Shown piece by piece: positions 17,389 to 26,865 of a stretch of DNA of 43,797 nt; position 1 is the first letter of the stretch, and every line of letters starts with the position of its first letter. The position numbers and the translations under genes were made by a program. Source of the stretch: Lachnospiraceae bacterium (GTDB lineage: Bacteria > Bacillota > Clostridia > Lachnospirales > Lachnospiraceae); the NCBI GenBank assembly GCA_029052995.1, contig JAIDHZ010000345.1:1-43797 (forward strand). Reading direction: 5' to 3'. The notes beneath the pieces were generated by a model. It made no database searches. It saw only the letters and a program-made list of their open reading frames with translations, and was not told the DNA's origin.

Positions 17389-18635
17389 ACAATCTCCTTA
17401 CGATAGATTTTATTAGTGGTCGGATAAATCTTTCCAAATCCCAAATCCTTAATCACAATTGCTCCCGTCTTCTCTCCGGAAAGCTCGACCTCCAACGACA
17501 ATTTTGTTGTTTTTGGCGGACGTTTCGGCAATCCGTGTATTTCTATAATTTCTTTCTGAGTCTCCTTTGTCACCTTATCGCGGTACACCATTTCAATCCG
17601 GTTGGTATCATCTAAAAACAATGTAACCTTTCCCTTCATGTTATACCACTCTTTACCGCCTATGGCAATTGGATAAAATTTCTTCCTTCCTTCTGTATCT
17701 CCTATATACAGACCAATATCAAAAGGGATACTTCCTTCTGTGTAGAGAACACAATCTCTGTCTGCCTCATAGGCGCCAAATCTGGCATAGTAGCAGGCAC
17801 CTTTTGTATATATATTCTGACCCATAAACACTCTACGTCCTTCACAAAGTATTTTCGCAGACTCCTCAATCCACTTATCATTAAATCCCGGACCTGTTAA
17901 ATATACTGTAGATATGTAGGTTTCCCGCATCTTAACTTTTGCAATCTCTGCTAAACGATGGTCTAAGGCTTCTATATCCTGAAACAACATGGTATATGGT
18001 AAATCGTTTTTCATATCCTGACGTAAAAGATAATAAAGCTTTGTATTCCCCTGAAATTTTTTGTCAATACGGTAATACTCCATTCCTTCAGCGCCGTACT
18101 CAAACATGGCCACACTATTATTACGAAGCCGTTCATCCTGATGCATAACATACTGAAAAAAAGCATTTTCGTGGCTCATGATATAAAATGTTTCATCCGA
18201 TAATCCCAATTGCGTTTTAAGCTGGTTTAAAACCTTATACACTTTGGCATTATATTGTTCTAATGCCACCGTCAGCCTGTTGAGAATGTACTCTTCTGAA
18301 CGTTCTAAAAAGGCTTCTATATGCAACTTCAACAAGGTCAGCAACAGCTCCTCATAACTATAATCGATTCCGCCTGCCTTAATATGTTCATCCAAATCTA
18401 TATTTCCCACCACATCCTCTACCATAACACCCTTTGTCTGAAAACGAACCTGGCTTACCTGATTGCCTACATACCACTTATTTTCCTCTTCCAAAAAAAA
18501 CATTACATTGGGAAACTGATAGGTCTCTGTATTATTCTGTTGACAAACGGACTCCGGTTCCTGCTTATCCTCTCTGTAGTAGCTAATCTGAATATTCTTT
18601 CTGCACAGGTCAAGTCCCAAATAGATTTGCTTCAT
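17376..18635 (-). CDS. Hsp70/actin-fold (ASKHA) protein with SBD-beta-like C-terminus, no lid, degenerate ATP-binding loops
   Basis: The sequence aligns collinearly to DnaK by eye. IYLGLDLCRKN matches IIGIDLGTTNS. YIMSHENAFFQY matches RIINEPTAAALAY. VAMFEYGAEGMEY matches IAVYDLGGGTFDI. VYLTGPGFN...YTKGACYYA matches VILVGGQTR...EAVAIGAA. IHGLPKRPPKTTKLSLEVELSGEKTGAIVIKD matches [30 protein letters not shown]. Confidence 0.7.
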   Translation of the reverse strand: MKQIYLGLDLCRKNIQISYYREDKQEPESVCQQNNTETYQFPNVMFFLEEENKWYVGNQVSQVRFQTKGVMVEDVVGNIDLDEHIKAGGIDYSYEELLLTLLKLHIEAFLERSEEYILNRLTVALEQYNAKVYKVLNQLKTQLGLSDETFYIMSHENAFFQYVMHQDERLRNNSVAMFEYGAEGMEYYRIDKKFQGNTKLYYLLRQDMKNDLPYTMLFQDIEALDHRLAEIAKVKMRETYISTVYLTGPGFNDKWIEESAKILCEGRRVFMGQNIYTKGACYYARFGAYEADRDCVLYTEGSIPFDIGLYIGDTEGRKKFYPIAIGGKEWYNMKGKVTLFLDDTNRIEMVYRDKVTKETQKEIIEIHGLPKRPPKTTKLSLEVELSGEKTGAIVIKDLGFGKIYPTTNKIYRKEIVWDA

Positions 18636-18655
18636 CTTAATTCCCTCTTTACTGT

Positions 18656-21600
18656 TTACTCTATCAGTTCCAAATTCTCTTCCACTACTGCAGAAAGCTT
18701 TAGATAACGGTCAATCTTATCAATCATAATCTGATTTTCTCCAATCTCCTGATTTAGTAGCATGGAATTTAACATTTCAAACCGGTTCTCATAGTCTTCT
18801 GTCTCTCCCTTTGCCTTCATGCCCTCACTCTCATACACACATGTATGGCTGGCATATTCTTCCGGTATTTCGTAAAGAAGATTCTCCCCATGGAACAGCA
18901 CAAACTCCTTCATATAGTAGCCCGGTAAAACCTCTATCATTCTTGCGGTTTTGTTACACTCCGGCTTATCCACACCGGACTGAATTGCATATTTAAACGA
19001 AATCTGCCTGCCTGCTTTATCCCTTGTTACCATATAGGTCATCATAAACAAATCCTTTGGAAGCTTAACATATTTCTTAAAGCTTCTGAAAAACGGCAGC
19101 ATGATACCACGCCCTATAAAATTTTCGGTCTTTGCCTTAACCCATAAAATCTCAACCTGCTCTAATCTCACCTTACGGCTAAAATACAACAGCATTGCAG
19201 CATAAAGCATGTCATCCGCCAAGTCCTCCGTTAGTATTTGCCTGTATAATGTCTCAAAAAATGATGCCGGAATCTCTTTTTCTTCCACCAGATAAGCAAA
19301 TGAAGCACGCTTGAAAAATGCTTTCATTACCATTCCTCTGCGTTTTTTCTCCGAATAAGCGGCAAAGACTTTATAAACCTCCTCATTCCACTGCTCTGTA
19401 TAAAGTGTTTCACAAATTATATTTTCTTCCAAAGCTTCAAGCCGTGTTAGCTTATTTGCAGCACGTTTCCAAAGCTTTAGCATATCCTTTACACCACTTT
19501 GGTAATAATCCACCAGATATGCTAAAATCTCCAGTGTCTCCTGTCCTTTTTTGTAAATATATACCGCAACAGAAATCAGACATTCCTTTTCCTTATACTC
19601 ATCATATTCCTTTAGAACTTCCACTAATCTTATTAAATGTTCTACTGAGACGCCCTGATAACCAAACCGTTCAATTGCCATAAATGCTTTATCATAAAAG
19701 TTACATTCCAATAAATAATTAATAAATTCCACTGATTGCTTAGGCAAAACATATGCCAAATCTACCCGTTCCAAATAACTTTTTAAAATATCCACATCAC
19801 GATGCTCATGGTAATACCTTACAATTGCATAAATAGCCTGTTGCTTCGTCCCTGTACTAATCTCCGGAAATGCCAAAAGATCCCTTGCTATATTAACCTC
19901 CCTTGCAGACGTGGCTTCAAATGCTTTCATTGCATCATATTGATACAAGGCATATCTAAAATCATCTGCACCATGCTGCCCCAAAAGGTCAATATACCCA
20001 GACTCGTCCACCAGTTTTTGCAGTTTGTATGGAATGGTACTGATAAATCTGTTTTTATCCCTGTCCAACAGAGAAATAACCGCAGATTCCATAATCATGT
20101 CCACATAAGCCACATGATTGACAACCGGATATATTGTTTCTTTTTCCAGCTCATTATGAGACACAATTACTGCTATAATATTATCATTTGCCACAGTAAG
20201 TTTTCTCTTAAAAATTACATTAGTGAGGCTTCCGGCAAAACTTGGCCTGACCGCCTGCGGTCTTAAGAACTCACTGTACAAAACACTTAAATCATCACTC
20301 ATGGCACCCTTTATAATCTGATCCTCCATAAAGGCTTCCATGTTTGGCAGATATTCTTCGTACTGCCCCAGATACTGCCGCTTATTTGTAATAACGTTGG
20401 CATATAAATACGCATACTCTGCGTCCGTTAACGAACTCTTATAATTAAAGTACCGAAGTACAGAATCCGGAATCAATTCATAAATATGCTTATCCATGCT
20501 GCGGAGAAAATTTTCCTGAATCCCCACAATCTTAAAACCACAACGGATTCCCTCCAAATAAAAACCATGATACCGATATTCCAGCCTGCCGCCTTTAATC
20601 AGCATTGCACACATAATTCGAATAATCTCCGGTTGTTTCGTATTGTCATAAATGATACTAAGCAGCTTAAACACCTTCGGCGAAAATTCTTTTTCCCTTG
20701 CCGCAAGCTGTAAAAATCCTTCTACTGCTTCCTTGCTTAAATATTCATTTTTTAAGCCAAAACGCACTGCCACAATTTCGGTTTCAGAAAGCTTCCTCAA
20801 CAATAACGGATCTTCATTGAGCAAATCACAAAGCTCCAAAGCAAGCACAGGTGAATGCATACCACCCATAACCAGTTTCCTAATTTGAGAATACATCCAC
20901 TGTTTATCCCTCTGATATTGTTCATCCAAATAAATCAACAGCCAGAAGTAAAATAATTTGTCCTTTTGTGTTACTAATGATTTCTCAATTTCTTTACAGG
21001 CAGCAACAATCTGCTCTCTCTCTTTAGACAATAACGCCTTTAAATACAGATAGTAGCAATGTTCCTTTTCTCCCCTCATTGCTTTATCCATATCTGCTTC
21101 CATTCTGCGAATCTCTTCCCGTACTATATCCTCTTTCCCCACAAGGATATTCATATGCAAAAGACCTAATTTGTACACGCCTGCATCCGGTTCAAAGTAA
21201 ATCAACTGATTGAGCGAATCTCTTATTTTATCAGCAAAGTCCTGCAAAGAAAGCTTCCCCATTCTATAATTCAAATAGTTGTGTATAAGTGCTGCCATCT
21301 CCTTTTTCTTCAGCCTTCTGTCATGATTCTTATGCACTAATACTCTGGGTTCTTCTTCAGGCTTTTTAATTGAAATATCCACCACTATTTTCTGATATGT
21401 ATTTTCTAATATAATATGTCCTGTTACAGACTCATTTTCATTTAAGAATTCCGGATCAATGCTATAATCTAATTTTCCAACATCACCTTCAAAATCAGTA
21501 CTACATATAACGGTCTGATGCACGCTGATAAATTTGGCATCACTCCTTACTGCCATACAGCAATATCCCCATGTGTTCTTCCTCAAAATCAATTCGTGTT

Positions 21601-22228
21601 CTTCCCGCATTTTAGGAAATGAAAACTGAAAACGGCTGTGTTCCACCTGCAGATTAAGAGCTCTTTTCTTATGAATATAGACTAAAAATTCCTCCAAAGC
21701 CTGATTTTTATTCAATGAATCATTAAGACTTCTATACGCCTGAAGATAATCCTGATTTCCGGTCAGCAAAGTATGCGGAAACTCCTCAGAATAAAAAATC
21801 CCAAGTGCCTTGTCCCAATCTTCCTCTGCAACTGCGCTGAATTTCATCAAATCCTCTAAAGCCACTCCACCGGCATCAATAAACGGAGCCACCACTTCTA
21901 TATTATAGGGAATCACCTTCTCCAATCCATTACCAATCACATGAATTGCACCCTCATAAACATTTCCGCGTTTGCGGCTTGTAGAATCAAAAGTAAACCG
22001 AATTACACCCTTTCTTCCAATAAGGCTGTGTTCTTCAAGGCACAATAAATATGCATCGTCATATACCATCATTTTCATCGGAATATCATTATCCGAACTT
22101 ACTGTAATCTCTCCTGTATATACGCTGCCTGCTTCAATTTTTAATTGTAAATAACTCTTTGAAATTGATACCGCAGGATACTCAATATAAAAGTCTCCTT
22201 TGGCATACTGTTCAACTTTACTTTTCAT
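18656..22228 (-). CDS. 1190-aa protein: two N-terminal beta-sandwich-like modules followed by about 900 aa of helical repeats; unknown function
   Basis: A long uninterrupted ORF and the first gene of the operon. It has no signal peptide or TM, and I found no Walker or other catalytic motif by eye. Confidence 0.75.
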   Translation of the reverse strand: MKSKVEQYAKGDFYIEYPAVSISKSYLQLKIEAGSVYTGEITVSSDNDIPMKMMVYDDAYLLCLEEHSLIGRKGVIRFTFDSTSRKRGNVYEGAIHVIGNGLEKVIPYNIEVVAPFIDAGGVALEDLMKFSAVAEEDWDKALGIFYSEEFPHTLLTGNQDYLQAYRSLNDSLNKNQALEEFLVYIHKKRALNLQVEHSRFQFSFPKMREEHELILRKNTWGYCCMAVRSDAKFISVHQTVICSTDFEGDVGKLDYSIDPEFLNENESVTGHIILENTYQKIVVDISIKKPEEEPRVLVHKNHDRRLKKKEMAALIHNYLNYRMGKLSLQDFADKIRDSLNQLIYFEPDAGVYKLGLLHMNILVGKEDIVREEIRRMEADMDKAMRGEKEHCYYLYLKALLSKEREQIVAACKEIEKSLVTQKDKLFYFWLLIYLDEQYQRDKQWMYSQIRKLVMGGMHSPVLALELCDLLNEDPLLLRKLSETEIVAVRFGLKNEYLSKEAVEGFLQLAAREKEFSPKVFKLLSIIYDNTKQPEIIRIMCAMLIKGGRLEYRYHGFYLEGIRCGFKIVGIQENFLRSMDKHIYELIPDSVLRYFNYKSSLTDAEYAYLYANVITNKRQYLGQYEEYLPNMEAFMEDQIIKGAMSDDLSVLYSEFLRPQAVRPSFAGSLTNVIFKRKLTVANDNIIAVIVSHNELEKETIYPVVNHVAYVDMIMESAVISLLDRDKNRFISTIPYKLQKLVDESGYIDLLGQHGADDFRYALYQYDAMKAFEATSAREVNIARDLLAFPEISTGTKQQAIYAIVRYYHEHRDVDILKSYLERVDLAYVLPKQSVEFINYLLECNFYDKAFMAIERFGYQGVSVEHLIRLVEVLKEYDEYKEKECLISVAVYIYKKGQETLEILAYLVDYYQSGVKDMLKLWKRAANKLTRLEALEENIICETLYTEQWNEEVYKVFAAYSEKKRRGMVMKAFFKRASFAYLVEEKEIPASFFETLYRQILTEDLADDMLYAAMLLYFSRKVRLEQVEILWVKAKTENFIGRGIMLPFFRSFKKYVKLPKDLFMMTYMVTRDKAGRQISFKYAIQSGVDKPECNKTARMIEVLPGYYMKEFVLFHGENLLYEIPEEYASHTCVYESEGMKAKGETEDYENRFEMLNSMLLNQEIGENQIMIDKIDRYLKLSAVVEENLELIE

Positions 22229-22261
22229 AAGTGCTCCATATCAAATAATATCTGATTTCTC

Positions 22262-22291
22262 TTGATGTTTTATCCCATGAAATGATATAAT
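22262..22291 (+). promoter_or_regulatory. Candidate promoter of the aminotransferase gene
   Basis: TTGATG (22262-67), an 18-nt spacer, then TGATATAAT ending at 22291. Confidence 0.45.
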
Positions 22292-22323
22292 CTTGCCATG
22301 TAATAAAAAATACAGATATTTTG

Positions 22324-22352
22324 ATTATATCAAATTTTTCATAATAATAAAA
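22324..22352 (-). promoter_or_regulatory. Candidate extended -10 promoter of the four-gene operon
   Basis: The minus strand reads TGATATAAT (22332-24) within the palindrome TTTGAT-ATA-ATCAAA. The -35 (TTTTAT) is weak. Confidence 0.35.
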
Positions 22353-22394
22353 GCTTAAGTTGTAACCTTATATTACAACGGAAAGAGGTATATT

Positions 22395-23486
22395 ATGGGT
22401 GTCATAGAAGAATCCTTTCACGGCAGTGACTTAGAGGTCATAGCCAGACGTTTTCATATGAATGAAAAAGATATTATTCCTTATGCTTCCAATGTAAATC
22501 CGCTTGGTATTTCTCCACTTGCGAGGCAGGCATTAATTGATCATATAGATGCAATAAGTGCATATCCTGACCGGGATTATGTTTCCTTAAAGGCATCTAT
22601 TTCCCAATATTGCGGAGCAGACAAAAGCCAACTCATATTGGGAAATGGTGTTTCTGATTTAATCCGCCTCATTTTTAAGACACTGGCGCCTAAGAATACG
22701 CTAATCATAGGACCTGCTTATGCAGAGTATGCCAGAGCCGCCAAATTAGAAGGCGGTATTGCTAATACCTACATGCTAAAGGAATTAGATGACTTTGAAA
22801 TGGATGTAGATGAATTTTTAAAAACGTTGGATTCCAGCATTGACATGCTTGTTATATGTAATCCAAATAATCCTACGGGCAAGGCACTTACCAAATCCCA
22901 GATGGATACTATTTTATCCCGCTGCATGTCCCTTAATATCTTTGTCATGGTAGATGAAACCTATGTAGAATTCGTACAGGATGTGGATTCTATCTCCTCT
23001 GTCATGCTTGCAAAAAAGTACGATAATTTAATTGTGCTGCGCGGTATTTCCAAATTTTTTGCTGCACCGGGACTTAGGCTTGGTTATGCCATTACAAATA
23101 ATGCTGACATTTTAAACTCGACCTCTAATGATAAAATCCCCTGGAGTATTAACTCCTATGCTTCTGTTGCCGGTATTATGTTTGAAGATGAACACTATAT
23201 TAATCTGACAAAAAGTTTGATTCAGACAGAGCGAAACCTGATTTGTGCTGCACTGTCCAGCCGGAAAACCATTAAGGTTTACAAACCAACAGCAAACTTT
23301 GTTCTCATTAAATTGTTAAAAGAGGAACAGACCTCTGCCGATGTTTTTGACTATTGTATCAAGCGGGGCTTTATGATTAGGGACTGCACAGATTATGAAG
23401 GTCTTGGAGAGAAATACGTCCGATTCTGCTTCATGAAACCCGAACAGAACGACAATATGGTGAATACGATTTTAGAGATTGTGTGA
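22395..23486 (+). CDS. Class I/II PLP aminotransferase, threonine-phosphate decarboxylase (CobD)/HisC-like
   Basis: FHGSDLEVIARRF...ASNVNPLGISP is a CobD-like N-terminus. Also present are ICNPNNPTG and RGISKFFAAPGLRLGY (PLP lysine). No other cobalamin genes are nearby. Confidence 0.75.
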   Translation: MGVIEESFHGSDLEVIARRFHMNEKDIIPYASNVNPLGISPLARQALIDHIDAISAYPDRDYVSLKASISQYCGADKSQLILGNGVSDLIRLIFKTLAPKNTLIIGPAYAEYARAAKLEGGIANTYMLKELDDFEMDVDEFLKTLDSSIDMLVICNPNNPTGKALTKSQMDTILSRCMSLNIFVMVDETYVEFVQDVDSISSVMLAKKYDNLIVLRGISKFFAAPGLRLGYAITNNADILNSTSNDKIPWSINSYASVAGIMFEDEHYINLTKSLIQTERNLICAALSSRKTIKVYKPTANFVLIKLLKEEQTSADVFDYCIKRGFMIRDCTDYEGLGEKYVRFCFMKPEQNDNMVNTILEIV

Positions 23487-23557
23487 CAAAAATATGCTTT
23501 GACTTCAAAACGGGCAGAACAAACAGTTCCTGAGTATTACTATAAAAATTTTTACTT

Positions 23558-23582
23558 GAGGTGGGTAATAATTGCCCACCTC
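23558..23582. terminator. Bidirectional terminator hairpin between convergent genes
   Basis: An 8-bp stem, GAGGTGGG / CCCACCTC, with a 9-nt loop and A/T-rich flanks on both sides. Confidence 0.55.
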
Positions 23583-23610
23583 ATTGTAAGTCAAATACAG
23601 CATAAACATG

Positions 23611-25347
23611 CTACATCATCTTATCAATCATTGCAAGTACTTCTTCTCCCAATTCCTTGGAAATCTTCTGCGCCTCTTCTAATGAAGCTCCTTTTACACC
23701 ATAGTAAAACTTCACTTTTGGCTCTGTTCCAGAAGGTCTTACGCAAAGCCATGCGCTGTCACTCATATCATAGTAAAGCACATTAGAGCTTGGAAGTCCG
23801 GTGGTGGAAGTCTCTCCTGTCTTCATATCCTTAATCACATCCTGCTTATAGTCTCTTGCAGATAACACCTCATACTTCCCAATCTTAACCGGTGTATTTT
23901 CACGTAGAGTATTCATAATCTCCTGAATTTTTTCAAGTCCCTCGATTCCCTTTAAGGAAACAGACTGAATCGCATCAATACAATAACCGTATTTGTCATA
24001 CATATCTAACATGGCATCCCACAAAGTTTTGCCCTGGCTCTTATAATAAGCCGCTGCTTCACAAAGTGCCATAGTCGCTACAATGGCGTCCTTATCTCTT
24101 GCGTGTGTACCAATCAGACAGCCGTAGCTTTCCTCAAAACCAAAAAGATAGGTTCCCTTGCCGCTTTGTTCGAAACCAAGAATCTGCTGTCCAATATATT
24201 TGAAGCCTGTCAAAACCTCAATCAGCTTGATATTATAATGCTTTGCAATCTCATCAGACAGATTGGAGGTCACAATAGTCTTAATAAGTGCACCATCCTC
24301 CGGAAGCGCCCCCTCCAAAGCTTTCTTCTGTCCAATCTCATACTCTGCCAGCAGACAGCCTGACATATTACCTGTTAATGTAATATATTCCCCTGATTTG
24401 GCATCCTTTACATAAACACCCAGGCGGTCTGCATCCGGGTCCGTTGCCAGCACTAAATCTGCATCCTTCTCCTTTGCAAGCTTTAATGCAAGCTCAAATG
24501 CTTCCTCTGCTTCAGGATTTGGATAGCTTACTGTAGGAAACTCACCATCCGGTAGCTCCTGCTCCGGCACTACATAAACATGCTCAAAGCCGATTTCATT
24601 CAATACACGTCTTGCAGGAATATTCCCTGTTCCGTGCAGCGGTGTATAGACAATCTTAATGTCCTTGCCATATTTATCTATACAGTCCTGATGCAGTACA
24701 AGCTTCTTAAGCTCTGCAATATAAGCATCGTCTACTTCCGCTCCAATGGTCACATAAAGTCCAGCCTTAACAGCTTCCTCCCTGTCCATAGTCTTACAGG
24801 TTGACAAATCGGTAATTGCCTTTACTTCTGACATAATACCACTGTCATGGGGTGGAGTAATCTGGGCGCCATCCTCCCAATAAACCTTGTATCCATTATA
24901 TTCCGGTGGATTATGGCTTGCCGTTACATTGATACCGGCAATACATCCTAAATGGCGAACGGCAAAAGAAAGCTCCGGCGTCGGGCGCAGGGATTCAAAA
25001 CGGTAAGCTTTAATACCATTTGCTGCCAGGCAAAGCGCTGCTTCTTCTGAAAATTCCGGTGACATCCTACGGGAATCATATGCGATTGCAACTCCTTTGT
25101 TTTCACCGCCCTGTTTCTTGATATAATTAGCAAGCCCCTGTGTAGCGCGACGTACCACATAAATATTCATACGGTTAATACCGGCGCCAATCACGCCGCG
25201 AAGACCTGCTGTACCAAATTCCAAATCTGCATAGAATCTTTCTTTAATCTCGTTGTCATCATCCTTGATTGCTTCAAGCTCCTTCTTAGTTTCTGCATCA
25301 AAATATGGATTGTTCAACCACTCCTCGTAAATATTTTTGTAATCCAT
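23611..25347 (-). CDS. Phosphoglucomutase / phosphomannomutase (alpha-D-phosphohexomutase family)
   Basis: Contains TASHNPPEYNGYKV (phosphoserine loop), ATDPDADRLG (metal loop) and FGFEESYGC. The track start at 25407 overlaps the upstream gene. The ATG at 25347 (MDYKNIYEEW) has AAAGGAG upstream. Confidence 0.9.
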   Translation of the reverse strand: MDYKNIYEEWLNNPYFDAETKKELEAIKDDDNEIKERFYADLEFGTAGLRGVIGAGINRMNIYVVRRATQGLANYIKKQGGENKGVAIAYDSRRMSPEFSEEAALCLAANGIKAYRFESLRPTPELSFAVRHLGCIAGINVTASHNPPEYNGYKVYWEDGAQITPPHDSGIMSEVKAITDLSTCKTMDREEAVKAGLYVTIGAEVDDAYIAELKKLVLHQDCIDKYGKDIKIVYTPLHGTGNIPARRVLNEIGFEHVYVVPEQELPDGEFPTVSYPNPEAEEAFELALKLAKEKDADLVLATDPDADRLGVYVKDAKSGEYITLTGNMSGCLLAEYEIGQKKALEGALPEDGALIKTIVTSNLSDEIAKHYNIKLIEVLTGFKYIGQQILGFEQSGKGTYLFGFEESYGCLIGTHARDKDAIVATMALCEAAAYYKSQGKTLWDAMLDMYDKYGYCIDAIQSVSLKGIEGLEKIQEIMNTLRENTPVKIGKYEVLSARDYKQDVIKDMKTGETSTTGLPSSNVLYYDMSDSAWLCVRPSGTEPKVKFYYGVKGASLEEAQKISKELGEEVLAMIDKMM

Positions 25348-25403
25348 TATAAGCTCCTTTCTTAAATGCCTCTGTATTGCCGCCAAAACAGTATATACAT
25401 TAA

Positions 25404-26807
25404 TCACTCAATAAGACTGGCAATTGAATCTAAATCATTATATTTAAGTGTTGTATCTTTTCCGTCATTTGTAAAATTTACTGTATAACTCTTTGACAGA
25501 TAACCAGCCATACTAAATGTAATTATATGACTTCCTGTAACTTTTGTAAAGGAAATCGGTACAATTCCTAAATATTCTCCATCTAAATATACACTTGCAC
25601 CAACAGGCGCAGACACCGTTACCTTATTCTTTGTTTTGTCCTGCTCCGAACTCTCGCTGCCTTTTTCGGTCGTTGCTGTTGTACCTTCTGTTGTTTTTTT
25701 ACTTTCTGTCGCCGTTGTCGTCCCTGTAGTGCTTCCCGTTGTTTTATTTTGACTGCTTCCTGAGGCAGATTGTGTGCTTTCGCTTTTACTGCCCTGTTTA
25801 TTAAGAGTATATTCTTTAATTAAATACGCAAAATTTACATTAAAGGATGCACTGTATGAATCATACCCCTCTGCAGTAATATATATTTTATGCTTACCAT
25901 AAGCCATTTCAACCGCTCCCTCAGTATTGACATGTTTTCCATCGATATATACTGCTGCATCAGCCGGTGTCACCTTGAATAATATGGAGCCCATTTGCTT
26001 TGGTTCAATTGCGATATCTGCCAGAGAAAGTTCCGTTTCCTGATTCTTGATGACCTCCACCTTTTTTGTTCCCACGTCATCCCCTTTGGCAATCCGCAGG
26101 GTATATTCCCCCTCTCTTACTGTCAAGAGCATATTTTCTGTTACCGGAACAATAACATCATATCCAATTTCTACCATTCCTCCGAGGTAAGATGCATAAT
26201 CCTCCAGCTTCACGTATCCATGCCCCAGTTCTACATACATGGAACAAATAACATTATCATAAATCCAAACCGATATCTGATCTTCAGAACAAATCTCGTC
26301 CACTTCAATTTCATTATTATCTGAAAATGCACTAACATTCTTACTCATTTCATAGGTGATTCCATCAATCCGAACAGTCTTTTTTATGTTATCTACAATC
26401 GCACCGGATACACCCTCTAACTTTGCCACCTTTTCGCTATCGCTTAATTTTAAAGAAAGAAGCTTATCCCTGTTATCATCATAAATGATATCCACAATAC
26501 TGCCGAGAGGCACCTGATTCATTGATAAAACATCGCCATATTTATCCACCACATCCGCACCACCATTATAACGAAGCGTAATCTCTGAATCATAACCTAC
26601 TGATTTTAATGTAATCTTTTCATTTATATCATCCAGGTTACTGACAATTGCAAACATTGATACCTCATCTACCGGGTCCGGTTCATCATCATAGGTTGGT
26701 GCTGTGATTTGGTTCCCGCAACCTGCAAGACAAAAAAGCATACCCATAAGAAACAGTATGCTGATTTTCGTTTTCTTTATACAATTGGGTGTAATTTTTG
26801 TGTACAT
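25404..26807 (-). CDS. Lipoprotein with two PEGA domains and a Ser/Thr-rich linker
   Basis: It has a signal peptide with the lipobox LAGC. PEGA-like segments are ADAAVYIDGKHV...YGKHKIYITAEGYDSY and VGASVYLDGEYLGIVP...GSHIITFSMAGYLS. The linker reads SQNKTTGSTTGTTTATESKKTTEGTTATTE. Confidence 0.7.
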   Translation of the reverse strand: MYTKITPNCIKKTKISILFLMGMLFCLAGCGNQITAPTYDDEPDPVDEVSMFAIVSNLDDINEKITLKSVGYDSEITLRYNGGADVVDKYGDVLSMNQVPLGSIVDIIYDDNRDKLLSLKLSDSEKVAKLEGVSGAIVDNIKKTVRIDGITYEMSKNVSAFSDNNEIEVDEICSEDQISVWIYDNVICSMYVELGHGYVKLEDYASYLGGMVEIGYDVIVPVTENMLLTVREGEYTLRIAKGDDVGTKKVEVIKNQETELSLADIAIEPKQMGSILFKVTPADAAVYIDGKHVNTEGAVEMAYGKHKIYITAEGYDSYSASFNVNFAYLIKEYTLNKQGSKSESTQSASGSSQNKTTGSTTGTTTATESKKTTEGTTATTEKGSESSEQDKTKNKVTVSAPVGASVYLDGEYLGIVPISFTKVTGSHIITFSMAGYLSKSYTVNFTNDGKDTTLKYNDLDSIASLIE

Positions 26808-26865
26808 TGGTTATTCCTCCAAAAGTAAGTAATAATTACCTTCACTGGCTTCGCCTTATGTTCAG

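Noticed and set aside
25348-25407. N-terminal extensions in the ORF track for pgm. Similar extensions appear for rpsL at 7314-7322, xth at 13308-13328, the sigma partner at 35594-35665, GNAT at 37464-37490, the hipS-like gene at 40926-40940 and SDR at 42179-42205.
   Set aside because: In each case an internal ATG preceded by a strong Shine-Dalgarno gives the canonical N-terminus and removes overlaps with neighbours. The longer forms use GTG/TTG or unsupported ATGs.
26841-26852. The 12-mer TTCACTGGCTTC is repeated at 38221-38232. Other 10-12-nt repeats are scattered through intergenic regions.
   Set aside because: Exact 12-mer repeats are expected by chance many times in a 44-kb window (about N^2 / (2 x 4^12)). 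There is no supporting context.
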